Of a stretch of 64,000 nt of DNA, positions 40,168-49,946 are shown piece by piece. Source of the DNA: an uncultured virus (IMG/VR IMGVR_UViG_3300033153_001312). Taxonomy: Duplodnaviria > Heunggongvirae > Uroviricota > Caudoviricetes > Crassvirales. Position 1 is the first letter of the stretch; each line of letters opens with the position of its first letter. Below the pieces are notes generated by a model. That model had not been told where the DNA came from. It did not search any database and saw nothing but the letters and a program-made list of their open reading frames with translations. The stretch is from the IMG/VR virus record IMGVR_UViG_3300033153_001312; one strand, 5' to 3'. Position numbers and translations under genes: made by a program.

Positions 40168-40530
40168 CTATTGCCAAGCGATGCTTGTAATCACAACTTG
40201 TGTTCCTGCTGCTGCTGCTACCAACTCAGTTGGTCCAGGAATAACTAAATTAAATATAGGACTTGTCCATCCCGTTGATAATGATGACGCTACAGTATCT
40301 ATAATTAAATCTCTCATAGCTGTACACTGATTAGGTGTTGCTGCATTATAAGCAGGAAGAGCTGTATGATTAATTAATAATTCATCATAATCTGCTGAAT
40401 GATTTTTGAAAGATACAGTTACTCTTGTAGCTGAAGTTTGTATTACTGTAGCAACGTCTGCTGAAGGGAATATATTTAGTCCTCCCGCAATTGAAGCTGC
40501 AGTGTTTGTGAATGATATAAATTTTTCCAT
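40168..40530 (-). CDS. Small structural protein
   Basis: Downstream of the capsid gene with its own TATATTTG promoter (40568-40575). Confidence 0.55.
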   Translation of the reverse strand: MEKFISFTNTAASIAGGLNIFPSADVATVIQTSATRVTVSFKNHSADYDELLINHTALPAYNAATPNQCTAMRDLIIDTVASSLSTGWTSPIFNLVIPGPTELVAAAAGTQVVITSIAWQ

Positions 40531-40584
40531 AATAAAAATATGATTAAGGGTATTAGTTAATAAAGTACAAATATAAAGAAATTA

Positions 40585-41339
40585 CTATTCTTTATTTAAG
40601 GTCTTTTTTAACATTTTAAAAGTTTCTAATCCTTCATCACTTTGAAAATAAGAAGCCACAATATAGTAAGGATCTTCACCAAAAGGTACAGTTAACATAC
40701 GTTTTTTATTTTTCTTGTAGTTAAAGTGTACGTCTTTTTGCCCATTTTTAAATTGTAACAAGTTAGATGAGAACATTTGTATTACAGTGTCTTGTAGTTC
40801 TAATAATGGATCATTTAATATATTCATAAACTCTTCTGGCTGAGATTTAGAAAACATTAAAACGTCTCTTTTTAATTCTGCTGTAGACATTTTATCTACA
40901 CTACCTCCTAAGAAAACTCTACATACAGTTACAAGTTTATCTGTAGATAANNNNNNNNNTGAATTTGAGCATTAAGTTGCATTTCTGCTAACTCTAACTC
41001 TTCTTGAGCATCTCTTGCATTATTTATTTCTTCAAATACCATACCATTTTGTGGATGATAATGTAAAAATTGTTGTAATACTTGATTTTGTTTTTCCACA
41101 GTTAGAAAGCCATCTTCAAATACTACAGGTTCTAATATTGCATTTCCATCTTGCTCGTCTTCAAAAGGTGATTTTTGATTACGTGCATAACGTAATGGCC
41201 TGTTAGTTCCTGTTTCTTCGTCAAAATGTAATAATGGAAATCTTGATGAGTGTCTTGACGCTAACATATAAGATAATGGTGCGTCTTGTCTTTTTAGTCT
41301 ATAAGACTTTGATACGAATTTTTCGTGTGTTTTTTTCAT
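40585..41339 (-). CDS. Virion-block protein; single gene interrupted by an N gap (40951-40959)
   Basis: Frame of the 40585 ORF stays open up to the gap (LSTDKLVTVCRVFLGG...). Confidence 0.7.
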
Positions 41340-41372
41340 AATAATATTTAATTTAATTTAATTTAAAAATAA

Positions 41373-41392
41373 AGGGGGGACGAATCCCCCCT
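41373..41392 (-). terminator. Terminator-like hairpin after the major capsid gene
   Basis: AGGGGGGA-ttcg-TCCCCCCT on the minus strand, followed by TTATTTTT. Confidence 0.75.
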
Positions 41393-41410
41393 ATATTAGT
41401 TTACTTCAGT

Positions 41411-42850
41411 TTAAGCATTGAATAGGAAGAAGTTGTTCGCACCTAAAGTACAAACAGCTCTTTCTGTTAAGAAGTTAACTGTCATAGCATCTATATCAGA
41501 TGTAGCAGCACCTCCCGCAGAACCTGTAATCCAAGTCTTGTAACGTCTATTCTCAGTCTCAGACGCTCTGTATCTCACGTGTAAGAATGGTCTCTTAGCG
41601 TTTTTACCTAAGATTTGGTCATAAACTGATGTTGATCCTGCAGGAACTAAAAGTCCATTCACACCACCACCAACTAAACCACCTCTCATTGTAGGGTCAT
41701 TTAGGTATTTCCAGTCAGACTTATAGAAGTCATAACCTCTTCTAAATCCTGTGAAACCTAAGTTTAACGCCATATCCTTATCATTGTCAAATAGACCATA
41801 TGAAGTTCCACCCGCTCCGTAAGAGTTTTGTGCAGCTAACATATCATCAATATCAAATGAGAAGTTTCTGTTACAGAAAATTACATTTTCTTCAATAGCA
41901 CCTTGCTTGTCAAGTCTTTGAATCATAGAATCAAAACCTGCAAGAGTAGTTGGGTTTCCTCCACCCCAAACATTTCCTCTATTGTTTACTGCAAAGAATA
42001 CTCCTTCAGAACCAGCGTGTGGGAATGCACCCCCTGTAGCTGAACTTAAGTAAGTTTCTGCACCAGAACCTGTTCCCGCAGGTACAGCCTCAATCATTGC
42101 AGTTTCCATGTAGTCTTCAAAACGTAATCTTGTTTCATGCTCAGACTTTAAATACCATAAGTATCCGTTAGCACCATTTTCAGTTTGGATTTCTACCCAA
42201 CCGATTTGTGCCATATCAGAACCAGAAACTGCGTAAGTGTCTTTCATGATAATAGGCTTATTAGAAAAGAATACATCATCAGCTTCTAAAGATCCTTGCA
42301 TTCCTGGTGTTCCTTTTGCAAATTCAGAACCATAAACAAATACAGAGACTGTTACACCTGCAGCAAAAGTTTGTCCTCCCGCTTCGTAATACTCTACTAC
42401 AAATGTATTAGCACCTGGAGTTGGAGCAGTTGAGATAACACCTTTGTTAGATAATGTAGAACCAGGCGTGTTATCAGAAATCATAACTGTCTGACCTACT
42501 CTTAGTCCAATACTTGTTTGGTTAGCAACTAATCCTGGTATGTTAGGATCAGCAATAGTAATTGTTGCTGTATTTACACCAGCTGCTTGACCAGAAGAAC
42601 AGTTTACATATTTAGTATGTAATCTTCCTTGTTCTGCCCACTTAATCATATCTGAATTAGTTGGCATTTCAGCACCTACCATTCTTAAGAATGAAGCTAC
42701 TGTTCTATTTCCATAACGCTCAAATTCCTTTTCATAAGTATCAGGAAGATACTGATTTAAGAAATCAAAATTAGTTATGTAGTTTGTAGATAGAACTTGC
42801 TTTTGAGCTGATGGCTGTAAAGCAAATCCTGGGTTTAATTGTACTGACAT
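41411..42850 (-). CDS. Major capsid protein
   Basis: 479 aa after scaffold and portal, followed by a strong hairpin; KWAEQGRLH, LGFTGFRRGYDF. Confidence 0.8.
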   Translation of the reverse strand: MSVQLNPGFALQPSAQKQVLSTNYITNFDFLNQYLPDTYEKEFERYGNRTVASFLRMVGAEMPTNSDMIKWAEQGRLHTKYVNCSSGQAAGVNTATITIADPNIPGLVANQTSIGLRVGQTVMISDNTPGSTLSNKGVISTAPTPGANTFVVEYYEAGGQTFAAGVTVSVFVYGSEFAKGTPGMQGSLEADDVFFSNKPIIMKDTYAVSGSDMAQIGWVEIQTENGANGYLWYLKSEHETRLRFEDYMETAMIEAVPAGTGSGAETYLSSATGGAFPHAGSEGVFFAVNNRGNVWGGGNPTTLAGFDSMIQRLDKQGAIEENVIFCNRNFSFDIDDMLAAQNSYGAGGTSYGLFDNDKDMALNLGFTGFRRGYDFYKSDWKYLNDPTMRGGLVGGGVNGLLVPAGSTSVYDQILGKNAKRPFLHVRYRASETENRRYKTWITGSAGGAATSDIDAMTVNFLTERAVCTLGANNFFLFNA

Positions 42851-42871
42851 TTTTTAATTTTTTTTTAAAAT

Positions 42872-44014
42872 TTATACTCGTTTTATACTTTTAATTTTGA
42901 GTCCTCTACCACTGCTTGTATCACCGATAGCTCTTATTTTTAAACCATCTTTTGACACACTCTGAGAAGCTTGTCTGATATCCATGTTAATGTTTTTTGA
43001 TTTTTTAGAAACATCAGCCACAGCATCAGCCATACCTTGCTCATAAAAAAACTTGGCGTATTTTTCGGGATTCATAGCAATTGATAATGCTTTATGGTAT
43101 CCCTTCGCATCGTTAATTAAACCGTTTTTGTCCATATATTTGCCAACAAAATTATTGACATCACTTTGAACATTTTTAATTTCCGATGCATCACCAGGCT
43201 TGTAAGTAAAATTTTTATCCCCGACATTAAATTCAAAACCTTTGAACTCATTGTTGAAAACCTCATCAGTTTTCTTGAGAAACCAATCATACTTCTTTTT
43301 CTGAGCTTCTTGCACAGTTTTAGATTCATCAATATAACTTGTATAAGCATCTAATCTTTCTCTGTCTTTGTCAGATAACCCATTCCCACTTGACTCAAGA
43401 GGAACTTTATATTTATCTTTTTGATCATTGAAATACTTTTTTGCTTTCGCAAGTTCTCTTTTTTTAGCTAACTTTCTTTTTTTAATATCTTTTGGATCAT
43501 CTAATTCATTATCAAAACTAAATTTATCTTCTAATAAATCTTGTATATCAAAACTATCCAGACCTTCCTCAATATTAGCATAGTAGTCAGCTAAAACTTG
43601 ATCATCTTCCATGGTAGTGTAGTCTTTTTGTAATTTATAAAAGTCTTCAATACCACGTCCTGTTTCTTTTTTATATTTTAAATATGTAGACACATCTTCT
43701 GGTAACTCTTCATTTACTTCTTTTTGTGCAAATAAATCGTCAACAGAGCTGATATCTCTATCATATCTATTTTTAATATATTCAAGAACGTCTTCGTCAT
43801 TTAACTCTGACGAGGGAGTTTCTTGTTGAACCTGAACTTCTTCTTTTACTTCTTCTTTTTCTACTACTTCAGGCTCTGTTTCTGTTGTTTGTTCAGCTAC
43901 AACATTAGTAGCGTTTTCTGCTTCTTCGTGTTCTTTTAGAAGTTTTTCTTCTATTTCTGCTTGAGATTTATTTTCTTCAATAAACTCTACAGCTTTTACT
44001 TTAATATTATCCAT
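42872..44014 (-). CDS. Putative scaffolding protein
   Basis: Acidic and helical, between portal and capsid genes. Confidence 0.6.
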   Translation of the reverse strand: MDNIKVKAVEFIEENKSQAEIEEKLLKEHEEAENATNVVAEQTTETEPEVVEKEEVKEEVQVQQETPSSELNDEDVLEYIKNRYDRDISSVDDLFAQKEVNEELPEDVSTYLKYKKETGRGIEDFYKLQKDYTTMEDDQVLADYYANIEEGLDSFDIQDLLEDKFSFDNELDDPKDIKKRKLAKKRELAKAKKYFNDQKDKYKVPLESSGNGLSDKDRERLDAYTSYIDESKTVQEAQKKKYDWFLKKTDEVFNNEFKGFEFNVGDKNFTYKPGDASEIKNVQSDVNNFVGKYMDKNGLINDAKGYHKALSIAMNPEKYAKFFYEQGMADAVADVSKKSKNINMDIRQASQSVSKDGLKIRAIGDTSSGRGLKIKSIKRV

Positions 44015-44067
44015 TTAATTTAATTTAATTTATACAAAGTTAATAATTATACAATAACTTTTTTAAG

Positions 44068-46506
44068 CTATCGTGGGTCAAACTCAGCTAAGTCAAAACC
44101 ATCCATACTATCTTCATTAGACTCAAAACTTATAGGTGGTAAATTATTTTTACGCTGGTCAATTAATTTTGATTGTTGTGAGGATTGCTGACTAATTCTG
44201 TTGTCTTTTGCTTTTTCTCTGTTTCTCTCTCTCATATCTATTTGAGATTGTTCAAGTCCTTTTAGCTGCATATTCATTTGGAATTCAGTCTGCATTAATT
44301 GTTCTTTCAATGCAGCCTCATTTTTCATTTTTTCTATTTCAAAACCAATCTCAGCTTGTTTTATTTGCATTTTAGATTGTGTTTCCATTTGAATTTTTTG
44401 CATAGCAATTTGTGCAGCTGCTTGTTGCGACTGCATATTTACTTGAGCTTGCATTTGTTGCTCTTGTTGTTTTTGCTGTTGATCTTGTAAAGCCTTTTGT
44501 TTTCTTTTAACTTTTAACAATTGATTAGCCATTTTAAGATTTTTTATTTCTCTAATATCAATAGCGTCTTCTAAGTTTATATCTTGTTTGTTCAGAGCTG
44601 TTTGAATATTAGCTTCTAACAATGCTTGTTGTTCTTCATCAGGTGAAACCTCTATAAATATACCAAAGTCATATATGTATAGGTTTTTTATATCATCTAA
44701 TAAACCTACATTATATTTTCCTATTTGCATAGCAAACTCATCTGCAAAATCCGAATACTCTAATACGTCAGCTGTTCTAATAGACAAGGCTTCAGCTAAA
44801 GTTTGAGTTAAATATAAACTTCCTTCTAATATATGTCTTGTTGCTGTGTTTGAATTTAAAGCAGCTAATTTTTGAACCCCTACTAATGAATTAGGGTCAG
44901 GCGTACTACCATCTCTTGCCTCATTTAATCCTGTTACTTGCCTAATCATATTCATATAATGATTATAATTACCAATTAACATTTGCATTTTTTGAGAGCC
45001 ACTTGAAGATGTAAGTTGTGTAATAGGAACTTTAGCATTATTAAACTCACCGTCTTGAGTAAAACTTCTACCTATAACACTACCCGTTTGAAAATATAAT
45101 CTTAATGCATCTTCAGGATTATAAGCATTTCCTGTACCTAAATCTACTTCGTTTAATCCATCGGCATCTATAAATACACCATCAGGAACAACTCTTGAAA
45201 TTACTTGTTGTAATTTTAAATGAGTCATTTGTATTAAATCAGTAAAAGGTATCATTCTTCTGACTAATGATTCAATATTACCTTTGTACATTCTTGGAGC
45301 TGTTGCTATATAATTAGGCATAGCATACTGACTTGCTGATTGAGGCCTAACCATGTTTTGTGCCATTTCCCATTTCAACAATATATTTGTACCCATAACC
45401 ATTATACCGTCATACCATACATCTATTTTTTTTGTAACTTTTTCAAACTTACCTTCCTCCATCATTTCTTCTGGCGGATTAAAATCATCATCTTTGGGAA
45501 CTACCTTATAATTACCCGTAGCTGTTTGTTTCTTTTTATATACAAAAGTGTTAGTGGTTTTATAATTAAAATACATTAATGTTACTGTATCTCTATAAAA
45601 CATAGAGTTTTCATACATTGCAGCTACATTATAATATTGATACCATGCTTGACTGTATTTAGATATTTCTTCTAAATCTTCATTAGTCAAGTCAGGCTTT
45701 ATTTTTATCAATTCACCAATAGGTACAGTTTTAATTTCTCCCCAATAAAAACAATCTTTAAAATATGGGTTTTCAGTATAGCTATAAACTACATTGGCAG
45801 GATCAACATACTCTACTCTTATACCATCTCCTAACTGAAAATTATGTTTGACAACTGATAAACCTAAAGTCATTAAATCCATATCACATCTTTTACGAGT
45901 ATGTGAATAATGATTTTCTTCTAATAATGTATTTATTGCAACTTCGTTTGCAATTTCAATAGCAGGTTTATAATTCATTTGCATATAAAGCTCCATCTCT
46001 AAATCACTTTCTGGTAATTCATCAGGATTCATAGAAAATAACTTTACATCAAAGTCTTTTTCTATTTGCTTGAATAAATCTTTTGATATAACATTTTTTT
46101 CAACCATGTTTTGAAACTCCCCTCTTTTTTCTGATGACATGGCATCTTGAGCATATGCTTTTACTTTAAATAATCTATCAGACATTCCATTGACAACAAT
46201 GTCAACAAATTTAGGAATGACAGGGACGGGTGTCCAATCTAAATTTAAATATGATAAATCTCCATCTACAGCTAATTCGTTTTTATATTTTGCTATTGAT
46301 TGCTCACCTCTTGCGTACAATCTTAGACGATTAAACTCCCACCATTGACTGTAAAATCTACACTGATTTACCCCTTCTTTCCTGAACCATTCATACTGAA
46401 TAGCTTGACCCACTTGTAATCCAAATTCTTTTGTTTTCTTTTTTGAATCAGATACAAACTGATCGGGAAAAGCAGCGGATTTTATATCTATACTTATTCC
46501 TTTCAT
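44068..46506 (-). CDS. Portal protein
   Basis: 812 aa directly after terminase; PVIPKFVDIVV; Gln-rich C-terminal coiled coil. Confidence 0.8.
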   Translation of the reverse strand: MKGISIDIKSAAFPDQFVSDSKKKTKEFGLQVGQAIQYEWFRKEGVNQCRFYSQWWEFNRLRLYARGEQSIAKYKNELAVDGDLSYLNLDWTPVPVIPKFVDIVVNGMSDRLFKVKAYAQDAMSSEKRGEFQNMVEKNVISKDLFKQIEKDFDVKLFSMNPDELPESDLEMELYMQMNYKPAIEIANEVAINTLLEENHYSHTRKRCDMDLMTLGLSVVKHNFQLGDGIRVEYVDPANVVYSYTENPYFKDCFYWGEIKTVPIGELIKIKPDLTNEDLEEISKYSQAWYQYYNVAAMYENSMFYRDTVTLMYFNYKTTNTFVYKKKQTATGNYKVVPKDDDFNPPEEMMEEGKFEKVTKKIDVWYDGIMVMGTNILLKWEMAQNMVRPQSASQYAMPNYIATAPRMYKGNIESLVRRMIPFTDLIQMTHLKLQQVISRVVPDGVFIDADGLNEVDLGTGNAYNPEDALRLYFQTGSVIGRSFTQDGEFNNAKVPITQLTSSSGSQKMQMLIGNYNHYMNMIRQVTGLNEARDGSTPDPNSLVGVQKLAALNSNTATRHILEGSLYLTQTLAEALSIRTADVLEYSDFADEFAMQIGKYNVGLLDDIKNLYIYDFGIFIEVSPDEEQQALLEANIQTALNKQDINLEDAIDIREIKNLKMANQLLKVKRKQKALQDQQQKQQEQQMQAQVNMQSQQAAAQIAMQKIQMETQSKMQIKQAEIGFEIEKMKNEAALKEQLMQTEFQMNMQLKGLEQSQIDMRERNREKAKDNRISQQSSQQSKLIDQRKNNLPPISFESNEDSMDGFDLAEFDPR

Positions 46507-48753
46507 TTATCTTATTAATTGACTAATGGAACTCTTATTATCATATCTTGCAAAGTTAACACTTATTTTTGATTTTTGTTTAGTAGGTGTGTACAGGTGC
46601 TTTTGATTTGCCATTATAGCTAACCCCGAACTAATTGCAGCATCAAATCTTGTTCTATTTGTTATATCAAACTTTGCCCAATCTTCTAAAGTACGTTGAA
46701 ATGGCATAGTTCCCATTACATCTGTATCTCTAAAAGTACCATCTAAATCTAACCCTATATGTTTTTCTATATAAGATTCTATTGCTGCAGCGTGTGATTG
46801 CTTTACGTCTTCAGATGAATTAGGTATACCACCTAACTCTCGTTCTGTTTTTGAAAGTTTATTATACCTTTTGTCTGGTCTATTCATACAAAAACCTCTA
46901 TAACCTCTATTTTTAAAATGATACAATAATCTTGGTTTATTATTTTCACATAAAATTGGCATACCGTAAAATACGCAAGCCATTAAAACTTCTTCAAAAA
47001 ATATTTCTGCTGTTTGTGGCCGAGCTATATATTCTAAAAAAAATTCATTAGACGGTGCGTCATCCATGTTAAATTTACACATTCCATGTAAAGCACCGTT
47101 AGAACCCTTACCCACTACAACTCCTGATATGTCATAACTATCACATCCAAAAGAACCAATATGATCATTACCAGGATATTTAATTCCTTGTTTTAAAAAA
47201 ACTTTATTTTGCAAATGTTTTGCTGGTGTCCAAGATACTAAAAATCTACCACTTTTATTTGGACTAAATATTACTTTGCTATCTTTTACTCCATTCTCCC
47301 ATTGAAACGAACCCCTTGTTGTGTGTTGACCTAATATTAAAGAATCATTATAATCTATTTGCTGATATATTTTAGTTAAATTAAATAATGATTGTTTGCT
47401 TTCATCTCTAAAAGCATGAGACTCTGTTCTTGGAAATTGTCTGTAAAATTCATTTAAAGCATCGGGGTCAGAAGATAATGATTCTACTTCATTCTTCCAA
47501 TAATTTATTGCACCTGTATTTATATCTTCACCATCCATTCCTATTACCGTTTTTTCTGGTGTAAATAAAACAGGCATACCATACTTATCAATATACCCTT
47601 CAAAATTCCATTCCATAGGTATAAATAAATTGTACAATCCTGATTTTGTTTGTCCGTTTTGATTTCTCTTTGCTGCATTAGAATCTTCAAATAATTTTTT
47701 AAAATTACCTCCTCCTTTATCTAATGCATTAGAGGTTGACCCCATCATACACTTTCCTATAATTTTACTTCCTAATCGTAAACAAGTCTTTGTAACTCTC
47801 CAATTATTTAAAATGTTTTCGGGACGTTCCCATTTACCACTTTCATCATGTAATAAGTATTGTAATTTTTCACCATCATAAGAGTTGTCTGATGTGTTTT
47901 TCCAATCTATAGTTGTATCTAACCCGTCTAAATCTTCATTATCAGTTATATACATATTTTTTTTAGTAATCTTAGATGCAGGAACACGATAAGCTAATTC
48001 TGTTTTTGGTTTATCCATACCGTCTTGTATAGGTTTAAAAAAGAATGGATAATTGTTTGATATTGGAACTACTTTATCAGTAAACATTTTTTTTGCATCA
48101 GCTCCTGTTTTTGATAAAATACCTATACGTGCATCTCTTGTTATCGTTGCTTGATTTACACCTTCAGATGAACTCATAAATGAAAATCCAGAACGTCTTA
48201 TTTTTAAATAACACATACCAAAGCTACGACTGTCAGCCTTACAAGCTTCCCAAAAAATATAAAATATTCTATTAGCTTCTCTAAAATCAGGATGTCCTAC
48301 GTCAATTTTTGTCCATTGTAAATACATATAATGTGTACCTGTAATATAAGTTGGTATGCCATTATTTAAAAACCAATAACCTTCTTCTCTTTTATCAAAT
48401 TCTTTTTCTATATAATCTACCCAAGAATTTTTAAAATTAGAAGGCATTTCATTCCATTGAAATATAGATTGTATTCTTTTTAATACTTTTGGTTGCACTG
48501 TAGGTGACCAAACTTGATTTTCTTTTTTTTCTTTTTGATTATCAAAAGTTTTAGGTGTTTTAGGAAGGCCTATTATTACATTACTGATTTCATAAATATC
48601 TCCTAAAGTTCCATCTTTGGATATAATTACTAATTTATATTTTTCATTATATCCGTATTTCCATGTTTTAGCTTTATTTTTATTTGCCATAACACTATTT
48701 GGAATATAGTTTTTTAAAACTTTATATATTCTATTTTGATCTTGACTCTGCAA
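46507..48753 (-). CDS. terL: Terminase large subunit
   Basis: KIRRSGFS (Walker A), LLHDESGK (Walker B), GSTSN, nuclease FGCDSYD. Confidence 0.88.
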   Translation of the reverse strand: MQSQDQNRIYKVLKNYIPNSVMANKNKAKTWKYGYNEKYKLVIISKDGTLGDIYEISNVIIGLPKTPKTFDNQKEKKENQVWSPTVQPKVLKRIQSIFQWNEMPSNFKNSWVDYIEKEFDKREEGYWFLNNGIPTYITGTHYMYLQWTKIDVGHPDFREANRIFYIFWEACKADSRSFGMCYLKIRRSGFSFMSSSEGVNQATITRDARIGILSKTGADAKKMFTDKVVPISNNYPFFFKPIQDGMDKPKTELAYRVPASKITKKNMYITDNEDLDGLDTTIDWKNTSDNSYDGEKLQYLLHDESGKWERPENILNNWRVTKTCLRLGSKIIGKCMMGSTSNALDKGGGNFKKLFEDSNAAKRNQNGQTKSGLYNLFIPMEWNFEGYIDKYGMPVLFTPEKTVIGMDGEDINTGAINYWKNEVESLSSDPDALNEFYRQFPRTESHAFRDESKQSLFNLTKIYQQIDYNDSLILGQHTTRGSFQWENGVKDSKVIFSPNKSGRFLVSWTPAKHLQNKVFLKQGIKYPGNDHIGSFGCDSYDISGVVVGKGSNGALHGMCKFNMDDAPSNEFFLEYIARPQTAEIFFEEVLMACVFYGMPILCENNKPRLLYHFKNRGYRGFCMNRPDKRYNKLSKTERELGGIPNSSEDVKQSHAAAIESYIEKHIGLDLDGTFRDTDVMGTMPFQRTLEDWAKFDITNRTRFDAAISSGLAIMANQKHLYTPTKQKSKISVNFARYDNKSSISQLIR

Positions 48754-49009
48754 ATCCTTTTAATGTATTGTTTTTACTGTCCGATATATTTCCTTCTAAT
48801 AAATCTCTTTCTTCTTCTATTTTTTTTATAATCTCAAAAGCATCCATTATACATAGTTTTTTTGTAGCTGCAGCATTTTTTAATCTGTCAGCTGCTAATT
48901 CATCTTCTGCATCATATTTAATAATATCTTCTTTAGCTACTTTTACTAATTGTTTTACAGCCTTTTCTCCTGCTTCAATAATTTGTAGTTTTAATTCTTT
49001 ATTTGTCAT
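48731..49009 (-). CDS. Possible terminase small subunit
   Basis: Small helical protein overlapping the terL start. Confidence 0.4.
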   Translation of the reverse strand: MTNKELKLQIIEAGEKAVKQLVKVAKEDIIKYDAEDELAADRLKNAAATKKLCIMDAFEIIKKIEEERDLLEGNISDSKNNTLKGFAESRSK

Positions 49010-49571
49010 TTAATATTACTGTTATATTATTAGTAAACATTCTGTATAATATTTCATCTTCTACGGTAAACTCATATTCGCTTTCAGGTTCAAAAATTAC
49101 TTCGTCACCTTCTTTTACACCTAACTCCAAGAGTTGGTCGTTAATATATTTAATAACACCTATCAACGGTTCGTATTTTGTGTGTTTATCTAAAAAAGTT
49201 TCTTTTTTCTTTACAGGTTTTACAAAACAATATTTACCATGTGCTTTCCATTTACCGTTTTGTTTGTATAAAAAAAACTGATCTTCTTCAATAAAAAACA
49301 TATTTTCTTTAAAAAAACTTTTACCACTTTTTGTTTTACCATACATATCATTATAAAACTTAAATACATTATGATGAACTAATAGTGTATCTCCAACTTT
49401 TACATCACCTTTATAATGAAGTGGTAAAGATAAAACTTCAGCATAACGATTAGATACAGTAAAGTCTTCTTCAGAAACACTTGTTACAAACTCTAAACCT
49501 CCAATAGATTTTATATTATCATATCTTCGGTTATTGTAAGGCTTTACGATAAACGAATATAAAGCTCTCAT
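48999..49571 (-). CDS. Tandem GroES-like protein
   Basis: Two units: FIVKP...KSIGGLEF...VKVGDTLL and CFVKP...GVKEGDEVIF...YEFTVEDEILYRM. Confidence 0.6.
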   Translation of the reverse strand: MRALYSFIVKPYNNRRYDNIKSIGGLEFVTSVSEEDFTVSNRYAEVLSLPLHYKGDVKVGDTLLVHHNVFKFYNDMYGKTKSGKSFFKENMFFIEEDQFFLYKQNGKWKAHGKYCFVKPVKKKETFLDKHTKYEPLIGVIKYINDQLLELGVKEGDEVIFEPESEYEFTVEDEILYRMFTNNITVILNDK

Positions 49572-49795
49572 TAAAAGTTTATATTATATTCTAATGTAAT
49601 AGGCAACGTATAAAGAAATTCTTTCCATATAAATATTTCTTGGTTTTTTTCTACCCAAAGTTTATAAGACTGAGTTTCTTCGCTTGCTTGTATTAAGTGT
49701 ATTTTATATTCACCACCCAGAACAGGTTGATTTATTATATAGTGCATTGAACCTGATTTATAATCAGAACCAACGGAAATCTTTCTAATATCCAT
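49571..49795 (-). CDS. Hypothetical protein
   Basis: MDIRKISVGSDYK; coupled to the next gene. Confidence 0.65.
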   Translation of the reverse strand: MDIRKISVGSDYKSGSMHYIINQPVLGGEYKIHLIQASEETQSYKLWVEKNQEIFIWKEFLYTLPITLEYNINF

Positions 49796-49801
49796 TTAAT
49801 T

Positions 49802-49936
49802 TTATTTTTTTTCGTCTACTAAACCTTTATTTATCTCAACGGTTATTTCTTCTACTATAGCTAATGTGCTAATAGGTAGTGATTGTAATAAGCGATTGAT
49901 ATTTTTAATAGATTCTTCATTTAATTCTACTCTCAT
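49802..49936 (-). CDS. Hypothetical protein (44 aa, not in ORF track)
   Basis: MRVELNEESIKNINRLLQSLP...; TAAATTAAATTAA leader. Confidence 0.6.
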   Translation of the reverse strand: MRVELNEESIKNINRLLQSLPISTLAIVEEITVEINKGLVDEKK

Positions 49937-49946
49937 TTAATTTAAT

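Noticed and set aside
40929..40960. Programmed frameshift between ORFs 40929-41339 and 40585-40890
   Set aside because: The break coincides with a run of N (assembly gap)
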